Shown piece after piece: positions 22,027 to 34,056 of a DNA stretch of 64,000 nt; the first letter of the stretch is position 1, and each line of letters opens with the position of its first letter. The DNA lies in the NCBI GenBank assembly GCA_024346625.1, contig AP024666.1, forward strand, positions 1,488,001 through 1,552,000, given 5' to 3'. The notes beneath the pieces were generated by a model that did no database searches, was not told where the DNA came from, and worked only from the letters and a program-made list of their open reading frames with translations. The DNA is from Williopsis jadinii (lineage: Eukaryota). Position numbers and translations under genes: made by a program.

Positions 22027-23217
22027 ATGAACATTCTCGGAAGGCTGCTGAGGAACAAGCGATCACGTCACCTTGTTACCGGGGCTGCTGCTCTTGTGTG
22101 TTGCATCAACTTTTACCTCTCAGTGTACTCTGTTGCAGGGTTTCAGGCCCAGCGATTCGGCCAGATTCTCAAGCTCACGTCCAAGGACGAGTCGCACTAC
22201 CTCGAGGTGTCGAGTAAGCACTTGAACAGGCTGCCTGCGGATGCATCTCTAAGGGAACAGCTGCAATTCCAGTACCCATACGACTCTAGCATCAAGATTC
22301 CAAGGATCATCTGGCAGACGTGGAAGTATCCACGAGATGATCCACGGTTCGAACGACAATTGCTACAGCATTCACAAAGTTGGATTGATCTACACCATGA
22401 CTATGCTTATAACTTGATTCCCGACGAAGCGTCTGATGACCTGATCAAGTCCCTCTATGAGTCAATACCGCAAGTTTACGATGCCTTTGTATCGTTACCG
22501 AAGGCCATTTTGAAGGCTGACTTCTTCAGATATCTGATACTGTTTGCCCGCGGGGGGATATACTCAGACGTGGATACCGTGCCCTTGAAACCGGCAAACG
22601 TATGGGTCTCAAACAATGAAACTATTTATAACGATGTCAACGACGCGGGCCTCGTCATTGGGATCGAAGCAGACCCAGATAGGGACGACTGGAATGTGTA
22701 TTACGCAAAGAGAGTGCAGTTCTGTCAATGGACAATACAGAGTAAGCCAGGACACCCAATGTTGGGCGAACTGATTGCTAACATCACCGAGACTACCCTA
22801 AGGAAGAAACGCGATGGAACTCTTTCCATCATCTCTGGAAAGGACGCAGGCGCAGACATCATGAACTGGACTGGGCCTGGTATCTTCACGGACGAGATAT
22901 TCACGTACTTCAACGACTTGATCAAATTGAGACCCAATGTCCATATCACAAACCACACTCCTGTTAATAAGTACAACACCGGCTTGGACATTACCAAAGA
23001 CGGTGTCGATTGGAGATTCTTTACCCTAATGGAGCAAGCTGTCGTGTTTGATGATGTGCTTGTCTTACCAATCACCGGGTTCAGTCCCGGTGTCGGCCAT
23101 ATGGGATCAAAACATCTGTCGCATGAAGATGCCTATGTCCACCATATGTTTGAAGGAAGCTGGAAACCTGAGAATGAAAGAATGAAAGGTACAGTCTCAC
23201 GTCACCGAAAAGATTGA
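22027..23217 (+). CDS. OCH1: Alpha-1,6-mannosyltransferase, GT32 (Och1/Hoc1 family)
   Basis: N-terminal TM anchor; IPRIIWQTWK, KADFFRYLILFARGGIYSDVD (DXD), GIEADPDR, QFCQWTIQSKPGHP, WTGPGIFT, HMFEGSWK. OCH1 versus a paralog is not fully resolved. Confidence 0.85.
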   Translation: MNILGRLLRNKRSRHLVTGAAALVCCINFYLSVYSVAGFQAQRFGQILKLTSKDESHYLEVSSKHLNRLPADASLREQLQFQYPYDSSIKIPRIIWQTWKYPRDDPRFERQLLQHSQSWIDLHHDYAYNLIPDEASDDLIKSLYESIPQVYDAFVSLPKAILKADFFRYLILFARGGIYSDVDTVPLKPANVWVSNNETIYNDVNDAGLVIGIEADPDRDDWNVYYAKRVQFCQWTIQSKPGHPMLGELIANITETTLRKKRDGTLSIISGKDAGADIMNWTGPGIFTDEIFTYFNDLIKLRPNVHITNHTPVNKYNTGLDITKDGVDWRFFTLMEQAVVFDDVLVLPITGFSPGVGHMGSKHLSHEDAYVHHMFEGSWKPENERMKGTVSRHRKD

Positions 23218-23390
23218 TGATTCCATTATGTACACACTTATTCGTCCAAGTTCTTAATGATGAGAATATAACATACAAGTATACCAAACAAAAAAGATCG
23301 GAATAGTAATAATTAGAGACCAGAATGGTGGTACTTAGTAGTTATGATAGTTAATAGTAATGACACAGACCCTTATTGTATAGTACATTA

Positions 23391-24316
23391 TCAGAGAATG
23401 ACACATGACGATTTCTTCTTCTTTGTCTTCTTGTGCTGTGGGACATTCTGCTGAGCCGCAACTTTCCCCAATGGCTTGGCCTGCTGAGGTGCTCGTTGCG
23501 ATGCATACGATGCCTGGCGTTGTGACTGTTGATTGTTGTGCAACTGGCCAGCCTGTGACATCTTTCTCTGCTGATTCTGTTGTAATACGTTTGTAGAGGA
23601 CAGGTTCGACGTCGATTGCATTCTCGAGTCAGGGTTAACCGGCTCACTCTCGCTACGCATGATCTGTCTGACAACGTCAATGAACGCTTCGTCAACATTG
23701 GTCTTGTGCAGTGCAGAGGTTTCGTAGAAGGGCACTCTACCCCATTTCTCACTGATTGCAATACCATCTTCCGGTTTGAGTACGCGCTCGTTGACGAGAT
23801 CGCACTTGTTCCCAACCAGAACCATTGGAACGTTAGTGGAATCCTTTATACGCAGCACCTGTTCTCTCAATGCCAGCAGTTCTTTCAGCGACGACTCATC
23901 GGTGACGGAATACACCAAGATGAAGCCCTTGCCTGATTTGATGTATAGCTCTCTCATCGCGGTGAACTGGGCGACACCGGCCGTGTCCAGGATCTCAAGG
24001 TCACACGCGCGTCCGTCAACTTCAATCTGCTTTCTATACGAGTCCTCAATTGTGGGATCGTAGGTGTCAATGTACACACCTTGGACAAATTGTACCGTGA
24101 GACATGACTTACCCACACCTCCAGCACCTAAAACGACAACTTTGTAGTCTAATTTTGAGGGGCAGTACAGGCCCTTTTGTTAGTAACGGTCAATAGCTGG
24201 CAAAAGTTGGAGGGACAAGACATAAACACATAGACTCAGGGTGTAGACACATGGTGTAGACAAAGAGACGTTTGTGTGGATGCGTGTCCCGTGTACATTG
24301 AAGACTAACCTCTCAT
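23391..24316 (-). CDS. RSR1: Rap/Ras-family GTPase Rsr1/Bud1; 2 exons: 24316-24310 and 24148-23391
   Basis: Spliced start [45 protein letters not shown], polybasic + CVIL CAAX. Intron 24309-24149: GTTAGT...TACTAAC...TAG (161 nt). Confidence 0.95.
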
Positions 24317-24902
24317 ATTTTCTCTATCTCAATTGTGAAGCGCTTGTTGTTCTTATTTGTCCCCTTTGTCTCTTTTCTGCGTCTTTTTCGTTGATTAATA
24401 CAATGTCCGCTTTCGATGCAGACGAAGTCTAGTCTCAGCTCTATAGAATATGTAGGAAAGGGATTCTTCACACGTCTGTCGATCTTTAAAGTTTTTATAA
24501 AGCGGCAGAAAGTGGTTGTCCGGGGGTGTTGATTTGTGTCTTGAATCGAAATTTGAAACCTTCTCCTGGCTCCACTGTCCAAAGGATTTTTATTCAGATC
24601 GAAAAGGGACAGACAAGACAACAGCAGAGAAAAAAATCACGAAAAAAGACAAAACCCAGCTAACCGCGGGCATGAGATCTCAATCTGCAAGGAGATCCAG
24701 GAGAAAAGCAAAACATACCACAACACAGCGTGCGCGTACCATGTTATATCTTATAGTCGCTTGAGTTGTGCGGTGGAGTTTTTGTTCAGGTTCTCCACCA
24801 ATTATCAATCTCTATTTGTCCAATGTATTCCAGTTTGGAGGACAAATTGTCCTCGCTATGTACATGCATTTATATCACCCTTTATATACGAAGTCAAGAG
24901 TG

Positions 24903-25412
24903 TTATTTCTTCATCTGTTTGACGATTGCGGCACGAACGCTGGATTCAGATGCCTTCCACTCGTTCTTAACCGTGTCCCATGGAACCTGCTTGAAAATTT
25001 GGTTCAACTTGAGATCCTTAGCGTTCAGCTTCTCCAGGAGCTCAGTCACCTTCGCTTGAACTTCCTCCTCGCTGGCAACTGGAAGTTGTTTCAGATAGCC
25101 TTGGATGACTTCAATCTCATCTTGTTCCTTTTGAGCCAACTCCGGTCTCTTCAGCTCGGTGTACTCCTTTATAGAGTCCCTTCTCTGCGAAATGGCCTTG
25201 GAAAATAGCTCGTACAATAGAAACTCAGTGTGTTGCGACTCTTTCGTGTCAATCTCCTTGTTCTTGATCAGGGACAACAAGCCCTTGACAGTATCCTTCT
25301 TGAGAGCATTCTTCTCCTTCATAGCCGTTTTCAAATCGGTCTTCAAGAGACTCACGGTGCTCTTATAAGCCGTTGAGCTTTGGAATCTAATAAACTGACG
25401 TGGCACAAACAT
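24903..25412 (-). CDS. AIM41: Mitochondrial GatB/YqeY-domain protein Aim41
   Basis: LKTDLKTAMKEK...ISQRRDSIKEY..EQDEIEVIQGYL YqeY pattern; order AIM41-RUD3-RFC1 as in S. cerevisiae YOR215C-216C-217W. Confidence 0.9.
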   Translation of the reverse strand: MFVPRQFIRFQSSTAYKSTVSLLKTDLKTAMKEKNALKKDTVKGLLSLIKNKEIDTKESQHTEFLLYELFSKAISQRRDSIKEYTELKRPELAQKEQDEIEVIQGYLKQLPVASEEEVQAKVTELLEKLNAKDLKLNQIFKQVPWDTVKNEWKASESSVRAAIVKQMKK

Positions 25413-25587
25413 CCTTCACCTGGTGTGATCTCAGTGTCTTGTTAACATTAACCTCGAAAGTGGCCCTGAAGTTCAGATGTCTTTTTTCAAGACAGAGGAC
25501 AAGTCTCGAAAAACATATTCGGTTCGCACACGCTACAGACAGCACCTGGATGAATACTTTTTTGATCTATATATACTGCGATGGGGA

Positions 25588-27012
25588 TTAGCTACTCTCT
25601 TTCTCCAGATATTCTGTCCACAGTGATACAAAGCTCTCACTGGAGTTGACTCTACTGCTGGTGTTATGCGACAACCCTGCCTGCAATTTCTGTTCGTCGT
25701 TCCATCCCAGATAGTTAGAGATCAACTGTAGGACCTCAAACTTCTTCGTATCCCCTCTTGGAATGGTCAGGAAAGAGATGAACAAATTGGTCACTAACTC
25801 CTTGTCAACTTGTTCAGATGCACTGTTCTTCTTAATCAGTTGTAATGCCTTGGTCAAATGCTCGTTTAGGATAACAGCTTCGTGACGAAGCTTACCTATT
25901 TGTAGTTGCTTCTCTTTCAACTCTTGTTCCAGCTGAGGAATTCTAGCACAGTCATCTCTCTGTTTAGCGTTCAGATTGACCAATTCTTCGTACTTATCAC
26001 TTGATGATTGTAACTCGGTTTGTAAAGCATTGAGAGATTCCACGTGCTTTTCAGAGGAGACTTTGAACTCGTTTGAGAGTTTCTCGTACTTCGCCTGAAG
26101 CTGAGATCTCTCATTCAAATGTGATTCTCCATCAGCCTCGAGCTGTTTGATCACTTTGTTGAGCTCGGATATTTGGTCTTGTAACGTTGTAATCTCGTTG
26201 TTCAACGACATGTTGACGTTCTTGTTGTTCTCAATGGTGACAATGTACTCCTCGTTGGATTGTTTCAAACGTTCCAATTGACTGGACAGTTGACGGTTTA
26301 TGCTCTCGAGTTGAGATTTCTCACTCGTATAGCCCGAATCCTTTGAATCGTACTCTGATCTCAAGTTTCTCAACTCTGCACTCAATCTATCACATTCGGC
26401 GTTTAGATCGTGACCTTCAGTCTTTAAAAGCTCCACAGTCTTGGACAATTCACTGTTCTCCTTCTCAAAGTGTTGTGACTTTTGCTTCAACTGGAAGTTT
26501 TGCTTTTCATATTGCTCTAGTTGGTCCTTTGTCTCTTCAAGTTCCAGTTCGTGTTCCTTCATCTTCGTAAACACAGATTTCATCGACCCGATCCTTGCGA
26601 GCAAAGCATCATACTGGACCTGAATCTTTTCCTTGGACTCCTTAGTCTGTTCCAATTCCTTCTGAAGCTGTTCAACACCCTCATTGGCCAACCTTAACTT
26701 TGATACCTCCTCTTCCAGTTCTTTTACTCTTGAATCATCAGAGACACCCTCAGACACTTTCTCCTCAGTTTGCACTCCCTGGTCTTGAGAACTTGGGCTA
26801 TCCACTCCAGTCTCTTGTAGTACTTCAACTTCCTCGGCAACCTCCTCACCACCATCCACCGCAGTCGGGCCATCTTCACTTGTGATAGCTTCCTCTGCGT
26901 TTTCCTCAGCAGCGCTCTCTTTTGTATGCGTGTCAGGTTGTGACTCGTGCACTGCGGTTTCAGCCTTCGCATGCTTCTTGTTCTTATTACTGCTATTCTT
27001 CTTCTTAGCCAT
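25588..27012 (-). CDS. RUD3: Golgin with C-terminal GRAB domain, Rud3
   Basis: Long coiled coil; IGKLRHEAVILNEHLTKAL, VDKELVTNLFISFL.IPRGDTKKFEVL, SFVSLWTEYLEKES; ATG 27012 (MAKKK); synteny. Confidence 0.92.
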   Translation of the reverse strand: MAKKKNSSNKNKKHAKAETAVHESQPDTHTKESAAEENAEEAITSEDGPTAVDGGEEVAEEVEVLQETGVDSPSSQDQGVQTEEKVSEGVSDDSRVKELEEEVSKLRLANEGVEQLQKELEQTKESKEKIQVQYDALLARIGSMKSVFTKMKEHELELEETKDQLEQYEKQNFQLKQKSQHFEKENSELSKTVELLKTEGHDLNAECDRLSAELRNLRSEYDSKDSGYTSEKSQLESINRQLSSQLERLKQSNEEYIVTIENNKNVNMSLNNEITTLQDQISELNKVIKQLEADGESHLNERSQLQAKYEKLSNEFKVSSEKHVESLNALQTELQSSSDKYEELVNLNAKQRDDCARIPQLEQELKEKQLQIGKLRHEAVILNEHLTKALQLIKKNSASEQVDKELVTNLFISFLTIPRGDTKKFEVLQLISNYLGWNDEQKLQAGLSHNTSSRVNSSESFVSLWTEYLEKESS

Positions 27013-27275
27013 TGTGAGTCTCCTTAGTAGCAAAATAAGGGGTCTGGCGTTAAAGTTGAAGGGTAATTTATGGTCTCAGTTTCTAAAGCTTTGACCTTGT
27101 CTCGGTGCTAATTTCATTCAGGCGACAAAAAGGGACAGTTTGGACAAAACGTCCTCACAAGGACAAAAACAAAAAAAAAACACACTAAGACAGAACACTT
27201 GGGACTACACAAAAAACGACACAGACAGTTCAGAGAAAGCAATTAACGCCAAAGAGGACAAACCGAAAAAAAAAG

Positions 27276-27290
27276 TTTCGCGTACCGCGT
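27276..27290. promoter_or_regulatory. MCB/SCB-like G1/S elements in RFC1 promoter
   Basis: TTTCGCGTACCGCGT contains CGCGAAA on the minus strand and two CGCGT cores ~80 bp before the RFC1 ATG. Confidence 0.45.
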
Positions 27291-27368
27291 TCTCTTCTTT
27301 CAAGACAAACGAAGCGGACTTTTCAGACTAAAGAGAGGAGAGATTGGGACATTGGGACTAGTATCAAG

Positions 27369-30034
27369 ATGGTGGATATAAGACAGTTCTTTGGTAACTC
27401 AAAGGGGTCTAAGGGGTCTAAAGTGAGTATTACAGATGTGGTTGTTTCTCTTGATTGGAGTACTAATACGTTCCTTTTCCCCTTTTATAGAGATCTGCAG
27501 AGACCGTCAAGCAAGCACCACCCAAGAAACCAAAATTGACAAAGTCCAGAGACCAAGACTTTGTTGTGTTGGATGACGACTTTGATGATGACGATGCTGC
27601 GTTTGACGACGACGATGATGTTGAGTTCTTGGAAGAATTGAGTAGTCTGCCAAATGAGAAGGCCACCAAAAGAGGCACTCGCTCGTCAACGGCAAAGACG
27701 AAAGCCGCTTCGCCAGTGAAGACTTCTAGACCACCCGTGGAATCACCTCAGAAGAGAAAGACCGTGACTCATACTGAAGAGGTACCAGAAGAGACACCAA
27801 AGAAGTTAAGGACCTCTGATGCAAGAACAACACCTAAGAAGACCCCTTCAAAATCAGCGTCCCAATCAACCGGTATCACTGCAATGGATGTGCTTGCAAA
27901 GATTCCTGATGCCGAGTTACCAGAGGATATACCGACAGACAAGGGCACCTTCAACTATCAACAGTTCAAAGCTCGCCAGGCGGACGTTGCACATGCCCCT
28001 ACCAATCTTGAACTGCCTGTTGGTGCTCCAAATTGTTTAACCGGGTTGACCATGGTGTTCACAGGTGTCATGCCCAATCTGGGAAGAGAAGATGCGGAGG
28101 CATTGGCGAAGCAGTATGGTGCCAAAGTGACCAAGTCCATATCTGGAAAGACTTCTGTTGTTGTGATTGGCGAAGAAGCCGGGCCATCAAAAGTCCGTAA
28201 GATTAAGCAGCACAAGATTAAAGCCATAGATGAAGATGGTTTCATTCAACTCATCAAGGGAATGCCGGAAGAAGGCGGCGATGGTGATGCGGCAGAGAAG
28301 GCACGTATTAAAAGAGAAGAAGAAGAGAGGAAGGCTATGGAGGAATCAGCCAAGTTAGAAGCACAGGCTAAGTTGGAGGCTAAGCAGAGAGAAAAGGCCA
28401 TAAAGGAGGCAAAGGCGTCTGGGAAACAGCTAAAGCCATCTGAATTGAAATCTGACGATGAGAAGTTGTGGACTGTTAAGTATGCACCAACAAGACTAGA
28501 CCAGCTGTGTGGTAACAAATCAACAATCGAGAAACTGAAACAATGGTTAATAGACTGGCCAAAGAAATTTGGGAACAAGAAGCCAACAAAGGGAGAGACT
28601 GACTTCCGTGCTGTACTCATCCATGGACCACCAGGTATTGGAAAAACCACAGCAGCGCACCTAGTTGCTGAATCCCTGGGATACGACGTTATTGAGCAGA
28701 ATGCATCTGACGTTCGTTCACAAAAGCTGTTGAACAGTAAGATTGGTGGTATTTTAGACAACACCTCTGTTGTTGGTTATTTCCACCATGAGACACCAAA
28801 CGATACTGAGAACAAGAACAAGTTCTGTATCATTATGGATGAGGTCGATGGTATGTCCGGAGGTGATCGTGGTGGTGTTGGCCAGTTGGCTGCGTTTGCA
28901 AGGAAGACACAGGCTCCAATGATCCTTATCTGTAATGACAAGTCATTACCAAAGATGAGGCCATTTGATCGTGTTACATTAGACTTACCCTTCAGAAGAC
29001 CAAGCGCACGTGAGATGAAATCCAGGTTGATGACTATTGCCTTAAGGGAGCACATCAAGCTAGATCCAAATATCATTGATAAACTAGTGGCAGCGACCAG
29101 CAACGATATCAGACAGATCATTAATCTGTTATCCACGGTGTCCACGACGCAAAAGTCCATTGACTCTTCCAACACCAAGGATATCTCCAACGCATGGCAG
29201 AAGAACATTGCACTGAAGCCGTTCGATATCATTCCAAGACTGCTCAACAGACAGTCATGGCTGGAGAATGGACCTTCCCCTTTATACAAGAAAATGGAAT
29301 GGTACTTTGACGACCATGCCTTTGTTCCATTGATGATGCAAGAGAACTACCTGAACACCAGACCAGCAAATGCACCAAGTAAAGTGAAACACTTAGAATT
29401 GATTGCCGAAGCTGCAGACACCATCAGTCTTGGTGATCTTGTCGATAAGAGAATCCACAGCTCGGAGCAGATGTGGTCGTTGATGCCACTGCACGCAGTG
29501 ATGTCCACTTTAAGACCTGCCTGTCTCGTCTCTGGCCAAGCTGGGGGCCGTATAAATTTCAGTGCCTGGCTGGGTCAGAACTCCAAGACTGGCAAGTATC
29601 AGAGACTATTGACAGAGCTGCAATATGACACCAGGCTGAGGACCGGCACTGATCGTGTTGAGTTCAGACTGGAGTATATTCCGGTATTGGTCAAGAAACT
29701 GTTAAAGCCTTTAGTTGCGAGTGCTGAGAACATACCCGAGATCATCGAGACCTTGGACTACTACTACCTCTCCAAGGCAGACTGGGACGTGCTAATGGAA
29801 TACACAATTGGTCCAGAGACCACAGCTCCTCTGCTGAAGAAGATTCCAACAGCTACAAAGTCCAAGTTTACTAGGAAGTATAACAGTGAAATCCATCCAG
29901 TGGCTATATTCAGACCTGGAATGACAGAGACGACGAAGGGTAAAAAGGCAGCGGGCTCGGTAACACCAAAGGAGGAGGAAGATACGCCTTTGGAGGAGGA
30001 GGAACCTGATATTGTGGAAGAGTTCGACGAATAG
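27369..30034 (+). CDS. RFC1: Replication factor C large subunit; 2 exons: 27369-27422 and 27491-30034
   Basis: Exon 1 MVDIRQFFG; intron 27423-27490 GTGAGT...TACTAAT...TAG (68 nt) keeps frame; BRCT domain, LWTVKYAP, GPPGIGKT, IMDEVDGM. Confidence 0.96.
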
Positions 30035-30371
30035 GAACTGCCGTTATTCGTGTATAATATCACTATAATGAAAGCCGGAGTGTTAACTGCTTACGTAATA
30101 CATCATCAGCAGATTTTTCGTATCCGATTTGCTTATGTAAGCAGCTTACATAAGTACATTCCACATAATTACCTAATCAAGTACCATTCTCCGGTAGGGG
30201 GCGCAGTAGCACCAACTGGCAGAAAAATCCACAACAACAGGGAAACCCTACACAGCCAAAGCAGAGAGAACAACAACATACACACAACATAGCGAATCTG
30301 AGGTGTTTTGGACGCTGGAAGTTGCTGAATTGATCTGTTGGAGTGCAATTCTGGCTGAAAGTACTTGGATA

Positions 30372-31742
30372 ATGTCCGCACCGCCGTTGCTACGGGTTCC
30401 AGTAGTGAACAAGAACTCGAAATCACCAAAGCTGAAGCTGCCCCAGTTGGCTGTCAAAACCACACAACAAGCACACTCACAAGCACCGGTGCAGTGCCAG
30501 TCGCAGTCACAGTCACAGTTACAATCACAGGCACAGTCTCAACAGCACACATCGTCACGGAGACCTTTGGAGAGGCCGTTGCCATATCTTGATACGCATG
30601 GCTCCAGTTCTAATAACTCGTTGAATTCCACTGTGACGAAGCTTGCACAGTTAGATGTCTCTGACGTGCCAACCCCGTCCACTGTGACCAGTGATGCGAG
30701 TATGGGGCTGTTCTCTGCAGAGATCATGGCTGAGGTTGACCACCCATGCTCCAGCACAGCCAGCAAACAGTGTCAATCACAATATGGCGACGATTCCCAT
30801 ACGCTCCAGGTTAGATACAAGGACGTTGACGAGTTGGACGCTGATGAATGGACTCTTGTTCATAAGCGTGGCGAAATCATCGAACTGGATGTGCTGGGTG
30901 AAGGAGCTGGTGGTAGTGTCAGTCGATGTCGTCTTAAGAATGGGTCAAAAATCTTTGCCCTGAAAACAATCATATCTGATAACTGTGCAGATACCCAGAA
31001 GCAGATACTACGAGAGTTGCAATTCAACAAGAGTTGTAAGAGCCCGAACATTGTGAAGTACTATGGGATGTTTTTAAACGAGGCAAATGCCTCGATCTGT
31101 ATCTCAATGGAATACATGGGTGGGAGATCATTGGATGCCATCTATAAAAAGGTGAAGAAACGTGGTGGAAGAATCGGCGAGAAGGTCTTGGGTAAAGTTG
31201 CGGAGTCTGTGCTTCAAGGATTGTCGTATTTACATGAGAATAGAATCATACATCGTGACATCAAGCCACAGAACATCTTGCTGGACTCTCATGGCCATGT
31301 GAAGCTGTGTGATTTTGGTGTCTCTGGCGTCGTTGTGAATTCGCTGGCGACGACATTCACGGGGACTTCTTACTATATGGCTCCTGAACGTATCCAAGGA
31401 CACCCATACTCTGTGACCTCGGATGTATGGTCCTTAGGACTCACGTTGCTGGAAGTTGCAAAGGGCCACTTCCCGTTGGATATCGACATCAATGGCTGCT
31501 CCCCAATCGAGGTGTTAACGTTGATTATGACGTTCCAACCAAGGTTGGAAGATGAAGATGGTATCGTGTGGACTTTGGCATTTAGATCATTTATCGACTA
31601 CTGTTTGAAGAAGGATCCCTCGGAAAGAGCTTCTCCAAGACAAATGTTGAAGCATCCATGGATCATTGGACAGAGCAAGAAGAGCGTGAATATGGAAAAG
31701 TTTGTACAGAAGTGTTGGGAAGATGAAACTAGTGGGGAATAA
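30372..31742 (+). CDS. MKK1: MAP kinase kinase of the cell-wall-integrity pathway (Mkk1/Mkk2)
   Basis: LGEGAGGSV, FALK, HRDIKPQN, DFGVSG..VNSLATTFTGTSYYMAPERI; N-terminal docking-like KSPKLKLPQL; ATG 30372. Confidence 0.92.
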   Translation: MSAPPLLRVPVVNKNSKSPKLKLPQLAVKTTQQAHSQAPVQCQSQSQSQLQSQAQSQQHTSSRRPLERPLPYLDTHGSSSNNSLNSTVTKLAQLDVSDVPTPSTVTSDASMGLFSAEIMAEVDHPCSSTASKQCQSQYGDDSHTLQVRYKDVDELDADEWTLVHKRGEIIELDVLGEGAGGSVSRCRLKNGSKIFALKTIISDNCADTQKQILRELQFNKSCKSPNIVKYYGMFLNEANASICISMEYMGGRSLDAIYKKVKKRGGRIGEKVLGKVAESVLQGLSYLHENRIIHRDIKPQNILLDSHGHVKLCDFGVSGVVVNSLATTFTGTSYYMAPERIQGHPYSVTSDVWSLGLTLLEVAKGHFPLDIDINGCSPIEVLTLIMTFQPRLEDEDGIVWTLAFRSFIDYCLKKDPSERASPRQMLKHPWIIGQSKKSVNMEKFVQKCWEDETSGE

Positions 31743-31900
31743 ATCAAGAAAGGGGAGTTCAAATTAATGTGTTTATGATTTTAATCACTTATTGATTGTA
31801 GAATGCTATTTGGTTACGCAGATAAAGATCTTAAACAAGTCATTCAAAGATTACAGAAGCTTCATCCTAAGAGCTGGAAAGAATGTTGGTTCTCGACACA

Positions 31901-33397
31901 TCACAGGTTCTCTTGTGGTCTTGTAACTGGCCATTGATACTTGCCAGGACCTGTGAAGATATAGCCATGGTCAGCCAAGTACTGCTTCAACTCTTCAGGA
32001 CCACGGGATCCATATGGATACAACTCTGGAGATGGTCCCTCTGGTGATTCCAAATAGTTCAAGAATGGAGTGAACAACTTCCAGCTGACATCCAACTCAT
32101 CATCTCTAACAAAGTTCGAATGGTCTCCTTCAAGGGCATTCTTAATCAATGATTCATACGCCTCTGGGATCCAGAATTGTTGGTATCTCTTGGAGTAGGT
32201 CAAGTCCAAATCAGAGATTTGGGAAGTGGTTGCCAAACCCGGTGTCTTTGCATTCAACTTGATGTAAACAGCCTCGTTTGGCTGGATTCTGATAACCAAC
32301 TCATTTGGAGGCATATCTTCAAAGATCCCCTTTGCAACTTGTTTGTATTGAATTCTGACTTCAACCTTACCTTCATTCAAGGCCTTACCGGCTCTCATGA
32401 CAATTGGAACACCGTCCCATCTTTCATTCTCAATGTGTAACGTCATGGCAGCAAAGGTAACAGCCTTAGAGCCTGGCTTGACAGTCTCATCATCGACATA
32501 CGCAGGCTTGGAACCATCCAATGACTTTGTATACTGACCAATGATGATATCCTTCTTATCAATTGGGGCCATTGCCTTCAACACCTTCACTTTTTCATCA
32601 CGGATAGACTCTGGATCAAAAGAGGCAGGTCTGTCCATCGTCAGCAGGGTCAACACCTGTAGCAGATGGTTCTGCATAACATCTCTGATGATACCAATGT
32701 CGTCAAAGTAACCACCACGGCCTTCTGTACCAAATGGCTCCTTGAATGAGATTTGGATGGACTTGATGGACTCCTTGTTCCAGGAGCTGTTGAGAATTTG
32801 GTTACCAAATCTTAGCACGAACAAGTTCTTAACCAGCTCCTTACCCAAGTAGTGGTCAATTCTGTAAATCTCCTCCTCAGTGAACAACGGCGACAGTTGT
32901 TTCTGGAGCTCTGTGGCAGTTTCCAGGTCTCTGCCAAATGGCTTCTCCACGATGATTCTCGTTATACCGTTAGAAGCGTACACGTTCTCCTTCAGCTCCT
33001 TGGCCACTGTGATGAACACCGAAGGTGGCAATGCCAGGTAGAACAGTCTGTGAGGCTCCTTGACGCCTCTCTCCTGCTCAAACGCTTCAATTGACTCGTT
33101 CAACGTCTTGAACCCTTCAGCCTTGTCGTACGGACCAGAGATGTACGACACCAACTTCAAAAACTCCTCAACCTTCTCCTTTGACTCCTCCGTCGTGGTC
33201 TTGAAGTGCCCCTTGATTCTGTCGTGGAGCTCCTCAGACGTCATCTGTGAACGGGCATACCCGTAGATCTTGGTAGAGGACGACAGATATCCTTCTCTGT
33301 AGAGACCGAATAGTGCTGGGAACGTTTTCTTCTTCGCCAGATCTCCAGACGCACCAAACACAACAATCACTGTGTTCTCTTTGAATTGAGTTGCCAT
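31901..33397 (-). CDS. ZWF1: Glucose-6-phosphate dehydrogenase
   Basis: GASGDLAKKK, EKPFG, RIDHYLGKE, RDVMQNHLLQ. Confidence 0.98.
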   Translation of the reverse strand: MATQFKENTVIVVFGASGDLAKKKTFPALFGLYREGYLSSSTKIYGYARSQMTSEELHDRIKGHFKTTTEESKEKVEEFLKLVSYISGPYDKAEGFKTLNESIEAFEQERGVKEPHRLFYLALPPSVFITVAKELKENVYASNGITRIIVEKPFGRDLETATELQKQLSPLFTEEEIYRIDHYLGKELVKNLFVLRFGNQILNSSWNKESIKSIQISFKEPFGTEGRGGYFDDIGIIRDVMQNHLLQVLTLLTMDRPASFDPESIRDEKVKVLKAMAPIDKKDIIIGQYTKSLDGSKPAYVDDETVKPGSKAVTFAAMTLHIENERWDGVPIVMRAGKALNEGKVEVRIQYKQVAKGIFEDMPPNELVIRIQPNEAVYIKLNAKTPGLATTSQISDLDLTYSKRYQQFWIPEAYESLIKNALEGDHSNFVRDDELDVSWKLFTPFLNYLESPEGPSPELYPYGSRGPEELKQYLADHGYIFTGPGKYQWPVTRPQENL

Positions 33398-34056
33398 CTT
33401 TGCTTCTTCAATGGTGATATTGTAGCTGTTGTAAATTAATCCGATGAGCTAAGAGTGAACAAAATGGGACAAATGGACAAAAAAATTTGGTTGCTATGCT
33501 CGGGTTATCAGCACCTTCTTTTATACAGAAATTTGGGACAAAAAATTCTTCCGAGGGTTAAAGAAAATCAAAATTGTGACACAAAAAACCAGAAAGAACC
33601 CAAAAATTTGAAGGCAACCTAAGGGAAATTTTGTGTGGACACTGAAAAAATCACTGCGAAGTTGTGATGTTTTAAAGACGGAAAATTAGTCGTTTTTGGT
33701 ATAGAGTTACAGACAAAAACGCCAACAAATCAATTCTGTTTATAAAGCTTCAAGCTCAAACAAGCAAAAGGTGTTTTATTTATTCGCAAATTCGACGCAC
33801 TTTTGCCCCCTTTTTTATATTTCCAACAGCCCGTGGCGAAAATAAACCAAGTGCAGTTGAAGCGATGATAAGTCGTAGGAAGCGGAAAAAAATACACAAA
33901 CGATAGGCAAGAACAGCGCTGGAGCGGGTTGGATTCCTCCGCCCAGTTTCCTCTGGTGAAAGGTGGTGATGCCCCCTGAGTGGGGGGAGGAAGGTGTTTT
34001 TTTCTCTCATTCTCGTTCAGGCTGGCTCGCTCGCTCGCGCTTTCTATTATTCTGCG

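Noticed and set aside
29940..30034. Rfc1 ends in an acidic stretch without the basic tail seen in S. cerevisiae
   Set aside because: The region is poorly conserved, and no intron or frameshift signal is visible; probably ordinary variation.
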